NCBI GenBank assembly: GCA_951406725.2
Contig: OX597831.1
Location: forward strand, 13,516,001-13,580,000
DNA length: 64,000 nt
Source of the DNA: Octopus vulgaris
Lineage: Eukaryota
Reading direction: 5' to 3'
The translations under genes were made by a program, and so were the position numbers. Position 1 is the stretch's first letter, and every line of letters starts with the position of its first letter. This document shows positions 12,238 to 24,650 of the stretch, piece after piece. The notes under the pieces were generated by a model. That model was given only the letters and a program-made list of their open reading frames with translations. It was not told the origin of the DNA and ran no database searches.

Positions 12238-13232
12238 GTGAAAATAGGTGAAGGTAGATTTGGCGATGGCGGAGCAGAAGGTCGAGTGCAGAAAGGACGC
12301 CATATTTTTCCTGACCATAAAAAAGGTTGTATATTTTATTTGATTTTTATCTGATTTGATTTTTTTTTATATCTTTAATGTTACGTTTCAACCTTGTTTT
12401 TCTTTTTTCTGTAATGTAAAAAACAAAATCGGAGAATTCATGGCTTTTAATTACTGCCTGATTAAATATTGATCTCTAATGTACCAGACTAACATTTCTT
12501 TATAGTTGTATTAATATACTTACTTTATCGATCACTCTCACAACCCGTATTTGATCAGAAGCATCACGAGGTGCCTAATTTAGTCGACCAGGTGCTTTAT
12601 TACCGCAATCAACTCGCCTGTACTAATAACGATTTCGTTTCATTTTAGCAGAAGACCAGTTTATGATGTAAACCAATTAATCAAGACTCTACTGGGGCGA
12701 CTCAATTGATTATCTGCAATGCACTAATAATTTGTTATGTTTTTTCCTCTAATGGCATAAAAACTAGCTTCGCCTGTCTTACTACCCCTCATCACTTTCT
12801 AGTCTCTGTAGTACAGACTTGAACTTAAACCGTTAGTTAAGACGTCGTTGTTATTACGATAACCATTGCTAAGTCTGATGTGGATGATTTCACTTGCTAA
12901 ACTATGACTGACTTTTTTCTACCGTCGTATACTTTTTTGTAACAGAACGTTCGTAAATGTTACCTCTATATGCCTACCTACCTACCTACCTACCTACCTA
13001 CCTACCTACTTACCAACATATATATAATAGAAATATGTTTCAAAGCCAGTGAACAGCAATGACGATACCGGTTTGACTTTGAATCTCTTTAACAATTCAA
13101 AATAAGGAATTTAATTCCTCTTAATTACACCTCATTTCATTTACTTGTATTTATTTATCGGTACTTTTCATAAAATATCTTTATTTTTTTATATTCAATG
13201 TGCATTTTCGCTTTCCTTTTCTTACTTTCCCC

Positions 13233-13282
<50 letters not shown>

Positions 13283-13408
13283 AGGCATGTATGTATGTAT
13301 ATATATATATATATATCTATATATCTATATGTATGCATTTATGTATGTATGTATTTATGTATGTATATACATCCATACATCCATACATACTTACATACAT
13401 GCATATAA

Positions 13409-13600
13409 TTTATTAAAAAGCAGCAGAAATATCACAAACACTGTTACTCAGAGTTTGACGTTCCCGACAAACTGGAACGTAAAACTCTGAGTAACAGTTT
13501 TTGTGATATTTCTGCTGCTTTTAATAAAGCATATTATTCTCCCTCTGGTATTTGAGTACTCTTTTTGTCCACCTTGTTTCACATTTATGTTCTTACTCCG
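13409..13600 (+). repeat. Fold-back module (about 55-bp arms, 9-nt loop) plus unique tail ending at (TA)n
   Basis: Arms 13409-13464 and 13474-13528; AATAAA at the end of arm 2. Confidence 0.85.
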
Positions 13601-13659
13601 GTATATATATATATATATATATATATATAGGTGTGTGTTTGTGTGTGTGTGTTTGTACG

Positions 13660-13820
13660 TATACGGTGGGCTTCAATTTCCGTTTCCAAAATCCAGTACA
13701 TCTTCTAGGTTTTGGTAAGCTCACAGCAATAGTAGAAGACACTTGCCGAAAGTTCCACGCATTGGGACTGAACCCTTACCACATAGCCACCATTCTTACG
13801 ACACAGTCACGACTGCGCCT
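13660..13820 (-). mobile_element. SINE family A 5' half, diverged
   Basis: AGTAGAAGACACTTGCC...GGGACTGAACCC. Confidence 0.7.
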
Positions 13821-14196
13821 TAGGATGTTATCTAACCCTTCATTAACATTAACCTATCTGTTCAATCTAGCTTTGTGAAAGAATCGTTCAGTGTTATTAC
13901 GAAGACAGGTGATCGCCTTCAGTTTGGCACATGATATTTTGGCGACTCTGGTTCCGTTCTTGAAAAAATTCCATTCGTTCATATTCCATAGAGGCAAAAA
14001 CAGTAGTTTCCATATTTCCATATTGCTGGAAGCGTTCCATTGATTTCCATCTACAGATTCAACCAACATAAAATGGATCGCTGAACGCTGCTGTTTCTTC
14101 TGAGCAAACAGAAAACGGTAACGCCATCATCAACTTACAAACAAAAGCTGAAATGTTTAATTTACGATTCAAGTTAAAACCTTTATACTATAACTA

Positions 14197-14592
14197 GGCG
14201 CAGGAGTGGCTGTGTGGTAAGTAGCTTGTTTACCAACCACATGGTTCCGGGTTCAGTCCCACTGCGTGGCACCTTGGGCAAGTGTCAGCTACTATAGCCT
14301 CGGGCCGACCAAAGCCTTGTGAGTGGATTTGGTTGACGGAAACTGAAAGAAGCCCGTCGTATATATGTATATGTATATGCTTGTGTGTGTTTGTGTGTCT
14401 GTGTTTGTCCCCCTAGCATTGCTTGACAACCGATGCTGGTGTGTTTATGTCCCCGTTACTTAGCGGTTCGGCAAAAGAGACCGATAGAATAAGTACTGGG
14501 CTTACAAAAGAATAAGTCCCGGGGTCGAGTTGCTCGATTAAAGGCGGTGCTCCAGCATGGCCGCAGTCAAATGACTGAAACAAGTAAAAGAG
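14197..14592 (+). mobile_element. SINE family A, near-intact young copy with 6-bp target-site duplication
   Basis: A box TGGCTGTGTGGT, B box GGTTCAGTCCC, internal TA/TG tract, tail GACTGAAACAAGTAAAAGAG; TAACTA at 14191-14196 and 14593-14598. Confidence 0.92.
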
Positions 14593-15435
14593 TAACTAAA
14601 GTGAGAGATTTTCCAGTCAGCTGGTCGCGTACAGCTAATTTCACACCAAAGTGCATAGCTTATTGTTTAACACTAGGTCGACCATCAGCGTATTACGTGC
14701 GTCTCTTATTTAACCCATGGCAAACCCCTAAATACATTGTGAAGGTGGTTGCTGTAGCTCTGGTAACACTTCAGTGCATTGCGCACATACGTTATTTGAC
14801 CCTTGGCGGATTAGATAACGGACGGATGTTGCTTAAACCTTTGTGACCCTGGTCACTTAGTGCCATGATCAAATTTATATGCGTCATTACCATTCTGTCT
14901 CATTCCCGATTTGTGTATGTATTTAGTATTACCTTTTGCGACGTGTCCGTTCCTTTAGCGTTAGGACAGAAGGTCAGCGCCCTTGACCCTTTAGTTTTTC
15001 AGATCCTCTGAAACAGGTTGGATGAAGAGAGTGAGCGTTCTTCGGACTGGAGGCTGAAGCCGTTCGTTTTGAATAGAGAAAGCCCCACATAATTCAATCA
15101 AAGTAGCTGCTGGTGGTGTTAAACCGGTTGACGGTATAAACCTACAAAACCTACGTCTAACCTACAAAACGCAGAATGAAGATGCAAAAGAAATACCAAA
15201 ACGTATGACTTCTGACCCTCTAACAATTCCGTCCATCCACGACCTTCGATAAAGACATCATTTTATTGACCCCGAATAAATGAAAGGCAACGATGTGTGC
15301 TCGTTTGATCTGCTACAAAAATCTCTTCTACGTTTTCGCCTGTATTTCTGGTTGTCTGTCACTTTCTTTCTTTCACTCGTTCACCTCTTTCTCTCTCCCT
15401 CGTTCTTTCCTTTCCGTCTCTCTCCATTGTTCTCT

Positions 15436-15472
<37 letters not shown>

Positions 15473-15675
15473 TTCTCCTCTTTCTTTCTTTCTGTCTTTT
15501 TATTTCTTTCTGTCTTTCTTTCTCTCTCTCTCTCTCTCTCTATTGTTCTCCCCTTTCTTTCTTTTTGTCTTTCTGTCTTTTTTTTCTTTCTATATTTCTT
15601 TCTCTCTCTCTCTCTCTCTCTCTCTTAGGTATCACTGCTTCTACATACGAATAAAAACGCTCTTAATCACGATCG

Positions 15676-15974
15676 ATGAAAACTGGCTTCGGACTAAACA
15701 ACAACAACAACAACAACAACAGCAGGAGCAACAACAACAACAACAACAACAACAGCAACAACCAGAGCAGGCTTAGTATGATGAAGAAATCCACGGCAGC
15801 CCTACGAATCCTTCAAAACTACCACTATCACCGCCGCCGCCGCCGCCACCACCACCACCACCACTACCACAAGCTCCCCCATCACCATTCCCACGCTATG
15901 ACGAGGAATGTCCCGGATGGTAATAGGTGGATTACGTTTTATTGTAGACAGGTGCGATCAGCGCTGGATTGGAG
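15676..15974 (+). CDS. Probable coding exon of a type IV diacylglycerol kinase (DGK zeta/iota/rdgA-like), N-terminal region before C1a; partial
   Basis: Long CT tract + TAG acceptor at 15628, ATG at 15676, open frame with polyN/polyH, ending RQVRSALDW-AG|GTAAAA (phase-2 donor). Resembles RQIRSTVDWS of DGK zeta as I recall it. Only about 10 residues carry the assignment; no further DGK exon was found in the window. Confidence 0.55.
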
Positions 15975-16284
15975 GTAAAAAACAAAAAAAAAAAGATTGT
16001 TTCCTGTCGGCAGTCTCTCACTTCATCTGTCTGTCGGTCTGGATACCTGCCTGCCTGCCTGCCTGCCTGCCCGTCTGACTGCCTGCCTGTTTGCCTGTCT
16101 CCGTCTCTCTCTTTCTTTTTTTCTTTCTTAAACAACCGAGTTGAAAACATGAACAACTCTATTAAATATTCATTGTTCAAAGTCGGGTTTAAATCTTTCT
16201 TTAATTGCCAAAGATTTGGACTTGTTGCCAGTTAACTCAGTAGTGATGTTGTTGTTGTTGTTGTTGTTGTTGTTATTGCTGGCA

Positions 16285-16615
16285 TCGAGCTAGCTGAATC
16301 GTTTGTGCATCTCATATAAAATGTCTATCGGCGTTTCTTCCGGTTCTTTACGCTCTGGGTTCAAATTTACCCGAGGTCAACTTTGCCTTACATTCTTTTG
16401 GGGTAGGTCGAACAGAACAGCAGAAGAACAGATTACCCCTAACGATCTCCCACAGATTTCCAAGCTTTGTCCCTAGAGTAGAAGGTATTTTTTTCATTAT
16501 TATGAACACTGGGGTCGGTGTAATCGACTCAGCCCCGCTGCCCTTGTGGAAATGTTTGAAACAAGCATCATCATCATCATCATCACCATCACCATCATCA
16601 TCATCATCATCATCA

Positions 16616-16652
<37 letters not shown>

Positions 16653-16830
16653 CAAGGCGGCGTGCTGGCAGAATCGTTAGCACACCAGGCGAAATGCTTA
16701 ACGGTATTTCGTCCGTTGCTACATTCTGAGTTCAGATACCGTCGAGGTCGACTTTTCCTTTCATCCTCTCGGGGTCGATAAATTAACTACCAATGAAACA
16801 CTGTGGTCGATGTAATCGACTAGTCCCCCG
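16285..16830 (+). mobile_element. Two SINE family B copies separated by (CAT)n(TAT)n
   Basis: Heads at about 16285 and 16655 (AGGCGGCGTGCTGGCAGAATCGTTAGCAC). Confidence 0.75.
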
Positions 16831-16856
16831 TCCCCATCAATCATCACCATTCAAGG

Positions 16857-17216
<360 letters not shown>

Positions 17217-17292
17217 GGTTGAGTTGGTGTCGGATGGTGAAGATGGTGACGGTGGCGATTACAAAGACATTGTGTTGGTGTTGTTTTTGTTG

Positions 17293-17324
<32 letters not shown>

Positions 17325-18076
17325 GGTGGTAGAGGTGGAGCACATTCAAAGAGAGGTGTGTATTCAAATAAGTTGTGGCTTATCTGATGTGGAATCTAAG
17401 AATCTAAGAGATGTCAGTTACTCGTTGGTATCTTGAATATATTAGAATTGATGACAAAGAGAAAGAGTGAGAGATGGAGAAAGAGAGTGAAAGGGAGACA
17501 GACAGACATATATAAGAAGGGCGCGATAGGGGAGGAGAGGTAAAAAGAAATGACGAGAGACAGCGATAACAGGTGGAGGGAGAAGAGGATCGAAATAGAA
17601 AACAATTTACAAAGAGTAGTTTCAATGAGAAGCTGATTAATAAAAGAGAGAAGGGAAAGAGAGCGAGAGTGGTAGTAGGAGGGCAAAGAGAAAGATTGGA
17701 AAGAAAGAGGTTAGTAGAGATAAAGAGAAGAAAATGTGCCGAAGAAGGAGAGAAAGGGGAAATGGTAGGAATGGAGAGACGAGGACAATTATTGTTTGAT
17801 AGAGTCTGACATGATGGAAAGAAATGGAAGTTATAGAAAAGAAAGAGAACAACTAACATCGATGTTGATACCGAATATAATTAGAATTAGAATTAAATGG
17901 AATTGTCATTTTATCTTTAGGGATAAAAACGTTCCTAGATCATATAAAGCCCTGTTCTCTTCACATAACAGTTGCTCTCGCTAGGATTGGAACCCAGGAA
18001 GCAAAGAGCAGAAGCGAATGCCTCAAGACATTCAATAGGACGATTTAAGAATTATGTCACTTTGATGTTTTTCTTA

Positions 18077-18297
18077 TATGATGGGGTGCTGATAAGTACC
18101 TGGCTTTAAAGGTCTCCCGAAAATCCTAGTTGGGAGCCCAAACTCGCAAGTTCTTTTACAGGGCTTGGAAAAACTGAAGGACTTCTGCAATATGTGTGTG
18201 AGTCTGAGAGGAAAATATATCGAATAAGATTATCATTAAATGACTCTCTTGTATTTTCCTTTAAAAAAAAACAGATTTTTTTCCGTACCACCTCGTA
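18077..18297. mobile_element. Mariner-type MITE
   Basis: Decayed TIRs TATGATGGGGTGCTGATAAGT / TTTTTCCGTACCACCTCGTA with TA termini. Confidence 0.55.
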
Positions 18298-18612
18298 CTA
18301 TGTATATAGGCAGGAATAAGACACCTGATGACGACCGGGGATCAAACTGATCGAGATGTAATGTTGATATAATTAATATAGTCACATTGGCTCAAATTTG
18401 TGTGGGCGGATAGAGATGATTATGTCCACTGCATTGTTTGATTGCCACTTTATTTTAACGACGCCGGTTAAGTCGACTTCGACAGGATTTGAATACAAAA
18501 TTCAGAACGTAAAAAGCGAATTATATCCGACGTTCACCTGACTGCCAGCATTCCTATTTTCTAGATGTAAATAATTTTAACATTTCATCATGAAGATCAG
18601 ATTACTTTATCT

Positions 18613-18839
18613 TTAACCCTTTAGAATTCAAACTGTCCATATTCAGCCAATACACTCTACCTGCTTTATATTGAAACCGGCCAGATCCAACGTCTCACAC
18701 GTAATCTACAATGTCATTCAAAAAATAAACTATTACATTATCGAAATTTCAAAGCTATGAGATAATACATAATTGATTCAAAACAATCTGAATAAATGAG
18801 TATTACATTTGACAGAGTAATCTGAATGCTAAAATATAA
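18613..18839. mobile_element. piggyBac-like MITE
   Basis: TTAA-CCCTTTAGAATTCA at left; TGAATGCTAAA at the decayed right end. Confidence 0.5.
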
Positions 18840-18869
18840 ATGCAGTAAATAGGGATTAGACAATAAGGG

Positions 18870-19802
18870 TAAGTCAGTGTCAACGGTGGCTCTAGGAATT
18901 CCGGGCCGGAAGCCACAGTCGAGAAGACCATCATCATCCTGAAAGATATGTAGAGCTCAACCACCACGTCCTGCAAAAGCTGGTGGAACAAAAACCCATC
19001 GTAACTGTTGAGGATCTAACAGAGAGGCTTGGATTTGGTCATTTAATCATTCATCGACCCCGGTGTGCCATCGGAAAAGTGCGCAAAGAATGAATGTGTT
19101 GTCTTCTTTGCTGTCACATCTCACGAATGAACCTGTTTTGGACCAAATAGTGACTGGTGACGAGAAATGGGATCTCTATAAAAATGTCAGGCGCTGAAGA
19201 CAGTGGGTAGAGAAAGGAGAAACACCGGCAGCCTGGGCTAAAAAGGTCTTCAAACGAGGAAGGTGTTATATGGTTAGTGGGATATGAAGGTTTTAGTCCT
19301 GTTTGAACTTTTAAACCCAAACCAAACGATAACAAAGGAGATCTACTGCGAGTAGCTTGATCGGCTTAAGTCAGGGTTAGAAGGAAAACGACCATCTTTG
19401 GTTTCAAGACGAAAGGTGTTCTTCCGTCAGGATAATATTTGGCCACATACAGCAAGGATGACATTCCAAAGGCTCGAGCAGTTTGAATGTGAAACGATGC
19501 CCCACACACCATATTCGCCGGACGTTGTTGCATCTGATTATCATTTATTCTGCAGTCTTCAAAATCATTTGGACAGAAAAAAATATGAATTCTGTAGATG
19601 AGGTCAGAACAGTACAACAGAAGTACTTTTCGTCACAGACAAGTGAATTTTGGAAGAGTGGCCTTGAAAGTCTGCCATATAGATGGAAGAGCATTGTAGA
19701 AAACGAAGGAGAGTATATTTTAGATTAAAAAAAACTTTATATTAATTTTGCAAAAATAAATGAAGTATAAAACACATGGAATATTTACGGGATGACCTAA
19801 TA
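18870..19802 (+). pseudogene. Degenerate mariner transposase with 3' TIR
   Basis: Frameshifted VTGDEKW, HTPYSPDVVASDYHLF (YSPDLAP motif) and C-terminal ENEGEYILD; TIR-like ...TTTACGGGATGACCTAATA ending at 19802. Confidence 0.9.
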
Positions 19803-19823
19803 TACTATCCATTATTATCTATG

Positions 19824-19854
<31 letters not shown>

Positions 19855-20705
19855 ATATGTATGCATTTATATGCATATATGTACATATATATATATATAT
19901 TTATATATTGGCGTACGTGTGTATATGAGCATGCACTATGCATGTGTGTGTATCATGCATAAATATATGTTTCAATGTATCACAATATAATTATGAGTAT
20001 GAATATGCACATATATTTTATATCTGTGCATGTGTTCACACATATACGCACATATATGTACGCTCAAATAGCCATAAACCCATTTATGAAATATATCTAA
20101 ATAACAATTATGAATAACCAGCATATAGAATAACCTACATAATATCAAAATCGCAATTTCTGTTTCGCATGAGTTCACACGTTGTATGTCAAGGCATAAT
20201 CTGGAAAAATAATAATAATAACAAAAATTGTCTGTTTAATTTATACGTCGTTAATCAGTAACCACATTAAGAATCTTCCAATTAGCAAGAGCTGAACAAG
20301 TTTACACGCCTTCACAATTAATTAGTTAAACACTTTTGTGCTTTATCATCAATTAGCAGTTCATTCATGCAAAAGATATTCTGTATCGGGTTTAGGGAAA
20401 GCAGGTCGAACCATTGTGTTGTTTTGAATAGTCTTTTTGTGGTCTGTCTCATTGTAACTACACTTATTCTCATATTTACACAATATATATACGTATATAT
20501 ATGCGTAAATGTCGAACAATGTAAACGAGTGCTCAAACCGCATTGGTGGAGAGAATTTCTTTATGTGTGTACACATACACACATACACATGCACACACAC
20601 ACAAACACACACACACACACACACGTATATGTAAGAATATTATTCAACTACGGTAATATGTAAGTGTGTGTACGCGTTTCCGTATGAAGGAATATATGTG
20701 TGTGT

Positions 20706-20750
<45 letters not shown>

Positions 20751-21134
20751 CATATATATTATTTTACAGAAGGCTTTAACAGCATCAGAATGCAAATATA
20801 TTCCTCGCTAGTTGCTAGTGGACTATTCCCTTATACAGTAGCACCATGGGAGCATCCTTCCGCTCTAGTATCCTACCAGTACAAATCTTCTGTGTCAAGG
20901 AGATGAATCGGTGCTAAAATTTTGACTTCCTTACACCATATCGAGACCATCCATAACGGGGGACTTCTCCTTGTTCAGTTCCTTAATAGTATATCTGAAG
21001 GACACTGCAAAAATGTGTTTGTCAGGCCTGCCTTATATTGACTCTGTGAACTCCTCATCCTCTGACAGTCGATTGAAAAGTTAGTCAATCGGTTATTTCC
21101 ACTTATCTAGCGATTTTTCGATCTATCGATCTGC

Positions 21135-21180
<46 letters not shown>

Positions 21181-21193
21181 GTATCTATCTATG

Positions 21194-21253
<60 letters not shown>

Positions 21254-21270
21254 CATCCATCCATCCATCC

Positions 21271-21323
<53 letters not shown>

Positions 21324-21328
21324 ATCGG

Positions 21329-21388
<60 letters not shown>

Positions 21389-21400
21389 CCTATCTATATA
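21135..21400. repeat. (TCTA)n/(TCCA)n microsatellite
   Basis: Directly visible. Confidence 0.95.
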
Positions 21401-21424
21401 TCTATTCTTTTTTTTTTTTTATTC

Positions 21425-21828
21425 TCTTTTTTGTTTCAGTGATTTGGTTGCGACCATGCTGGAACATCGCCTTAAATGGATTTAGTCGATCAAATAGACC
21501 TTAGCATTTATTCTTTAAAGAGTAACACTTCTGCTGACCCCTTTACCGAACCGCTAAGTTACGGAGACGTAAATACATGAAGTGATTATGGATAGATGGT
21601 GCGTGACAAACACAGACACAAAGAGGCAAGCATATACATACATACATACATAAATACGCACACAGTCGCATATATATGTATATAGTATAGGCTTCTTTTC
21701 AGTTTCCGTCTACCAAATCCGATCAGAAGGCTTTGCTCGGCCCGAGGTAATAGTAGAAGACACTCGCCCAAGATGGCACGCAGTGGGAACCATGTCATTG
21801 GGAAGCAAGAATCTTGCCACACAGCCAT
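21425..21828 (-). mobile_element. SINE family A
   Basis: Reverse complement match to the copy at 14197. Confidence 0.8.
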
Positions 21829-21867
21829 AGACAGACTGACACATACGAAGAGTGTAAAGTCTCTATA

Positions 21868-22511
21868 TTTATTTCTTTACTACCCACAAGGGGCTAAACA
21901 TAGAGAGGACAAACAAAGACAGACAAAGGGATTAAGTCGAATACATCGACCCAAGTGTGTAACTGGTGCTTATTTAATCGACCCCGAGAGGATGAAAGGC
22001 AAAGTCGACCTCGGGGGGAATTTGAACTCGGAACGTAACGCAAGCGGAATACCTCTAAGCATTTCGCCTGGCGTGCTAACGATTCTGCCAGCTCGCTGCC
22101 CTGTAAAGTCTATATATACTTTCCTCCCTAGGCACAAGACCCGAAATATTTGGGGAGGTGGGGCACTCGATTACATGGACCCCAGTATTTCACTGGTAAT
22201 TAATTTATCGACTCCGAAAGGATGAAAGGCAAGGTCGACCTCGGGGTAATTTGAACTCAGAATGTAATGATGGACGAAATACCTATCTCGTTACTGCCCA
22301 AAAGGAGCTACACACAGAAAGGACAAACAATGACAGACAAACGGTTTAAGTCGATTATATCGACCCCTGTGCGTAACTGGTACTTAATTTATCGACCCCG
22401 AAAAGATGAAAGGCAAAGTCGACCTCGGCGGAATTTGAACTCGAAATTTGACGGACGAAATACCGCTAAGCATTTTGCCCGTTGTGCTAACGATTGCGCC
22501 AGCTCGCTGCC
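21868..22511 (-). mobile_element. SINE family B tandem cluster
   Basis: Three GATGAAAGGCAA(A/G)GTCGACCTCGG units; heads ending at about 22099 and 22511. Confidence 0.85.
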
Positions 22512-22839
22512 CAGTAAAGTCTATACATTAGACATGAAGCGACATAGACTTTGATGGGCACACCTGTATATTTATTTTTTTAAAAAACCCACAATATGAT
22601 ACGTAATATAAATATATGCAGTATTGTAAACTAACGTGTTCTGCCAGTTTTTATTGTTGTTGTTGTTTAGCATTTCATCATCCCCCTCTCTTTCCCGTCC
22701 CTCCTCATGTACTTCTATTTATCTTGATCACCGTCATTACATTTATACACACGCCTACATGCACCTGTACATAATACTCATTGACGACCATATCTAGTTG
22801 TGTGTCTGTGTGTGAATGTATGTATATATATATATATGT

Positions 22840-23030
22840 ATGTAGTTGAAATTTACGGAAAAACAAAAGACGGAGACGTGTATATAAACAACAAGAAGGT
22901 GTATTTGTTTGACGCCCGGGAAGGTGTGAAGGTCTTTTACGTTTCGAGCCTCCGCTCTTCAACAGAAAGAAGCACGAGGAAATAAACAGGGAGAGAATAA
23001 AAAGATAAACTTTTGGAACTAGCGGCCAAT
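22840..23030 (-). mobile_element. Short non-coding hammerhead-bearing module at a TA-rich microsatellite
   Basis: Hammerhead-like motif at 22933-22970; homologous to 60925-61100 and more distantly to 60095-60320. Confidence 0.7.
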
Positions 23031-23298
23031 CATGGTGACTGACTGGACAAAGGTATGTCTGTATATCTGTAGGCATATGTAGGTGTGTGAGTGCCGTTAT
23101 CATAAAGAGACTACGTTCAACGTATCTGTATTGGCATTCGCTTTTGTATATGTTATTAATTAGTGCGTAGCACAGTGTATATATCGTACATACATAGATA
23201 TATTTATACGTCCGTGTAGATGCATACATGTGTATCTATATGCACATATATGTTTGCATACCAAAATGCATATACATACATGTGTGTGTGAGTATATG

Positions 23299-23331
<33 letters not shown>

Positions 23332-23816
23332 GCACTCACATTCACACACACATTTACAAAAGCACATTGAGGCCGACACTCACATACAGAGGAACGTCAG
23401 TATAAACTTCTTTAACATTTTGTGTTTGTCTAAAGTGTGCGTATTATTGTAAAATCATATATAAATATTTATCGGATTTTTTTTTTCTCTTTCCATTCCT
23501 TCAAACATTTTTAATCATAGTTCCCTCTCTCTCTCTCTCTCTCTCCCTCCCTCCCTGCAAGTATCTCTACATTTCGTTGTCGACGTATCTCTCTCTATCT
23601 ATCTCTCTCTCTCTCTCTCCCTCTATTTATCGGTCATTATGCTTCTTCTGTCTACCTCGCCAGGTATGCCCATTGTTTATCGCTTTATGATTCATACCTG
23701 AAAAATCCCACCTTTCTCATATTTTCTCGTTCGACTCCCCTAGTCGCGTTCTTTTTATTCTTCTGTCTAGACACCTGATTTTCCTGTTACATTTACTTTA
23801 ATAGTTTAATCACTTT

Positions 23817-24650
23817 AAGGCGGCGAGCTGGCAGAAACGCTAGCTCGCCGAACGAAATGCTTAGAGATATTTCGTCTGTCTTTACGTTCTCAGTTTAAAT
23901 TCCGCCGAGGTCGACTTTGCCTTTCATCTTTTAGGGGTTGATGAATTAAGTACCAGTTGCGTACTTGGGTCGATCTAATCGACTGGCACCCTCCCGTTAA
24001 ATTTCAGACCTTGTGTCTCGAGTAGAAAAGAATATTTTAATCACTTTAAGGCGGTGAACTGGCAGAAACGTTAGCACGCCGGGCAAAATGCTTAGCGGTA
24101 TTTCGTCTGTCTTTACTTTCTGAGTTCAAATACCACCGAGGTTGACTTTGCCTTTCATCCTTTTGGGGTCGATTAAATAAGTACCAGTTACGCACTGGGA
24201 TTGATATAATCGACTGAATCCGTTTGGCTGTCCTTGTTTGTCCTCTCTGAGTTTAGCCCTTGTGGGTAGTAAAGAAATACGTATTTCGTCCGTCCCTACG
24301 TTCCGAGTTCAAATCCTGCCGAGGTCGACTTTACCGTTTATCCTTTCGGGGTCGATAAATCAAGTATCAGTTGTGTACTGGGGTCGATCTAATCGACTGG
24401 GTCCCTCCCCGCAAAATTTCGGTCCCTGTGCCTAGAGTAGAAAAGAATATTGGTTTTAAATTTTGGCATAGGGCCAGCAATATCCAGGGAGGGGCAAGTC
24501 GATTTCAGGAACCCCACTGCACGGCTGGTACCGTGGAACGGGGTCGACTCTGAGGGGGTGAAAGGCGAAGTCGATCTCAGCGGAATCTGAACTCAGAAAG
24601 TAAAGGCGGACGAATCACCGCTAAGCATTTTACTCGGTGTGTTAACGCAT
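23817..24650 (+). mobile_element. SINE family B cluster: three + units followed by one inverted unit
   Basis: Heads at 23819 and 24049, extra B-box unit near 24300, minus copy at 24452-24650. Confidence 0.85.

Noticed and set aside
11818-12354. Poly-His / poly-Met-Asp ORFs
   Set aside because: (GAT)n array with a frame-shifting interruption; no supporting gene structure.
14197-14270. tRNA-like A/B boxes
   Set aside because: These are SINE heads; no complete cloverleaf, so no tRNA gene was called.
20930-21068. Minus-strand IKELNKEKSPVMDGL resembling the LINE KSPGPDG motif
   Set aside because: Too short and stop-interrupted to call.
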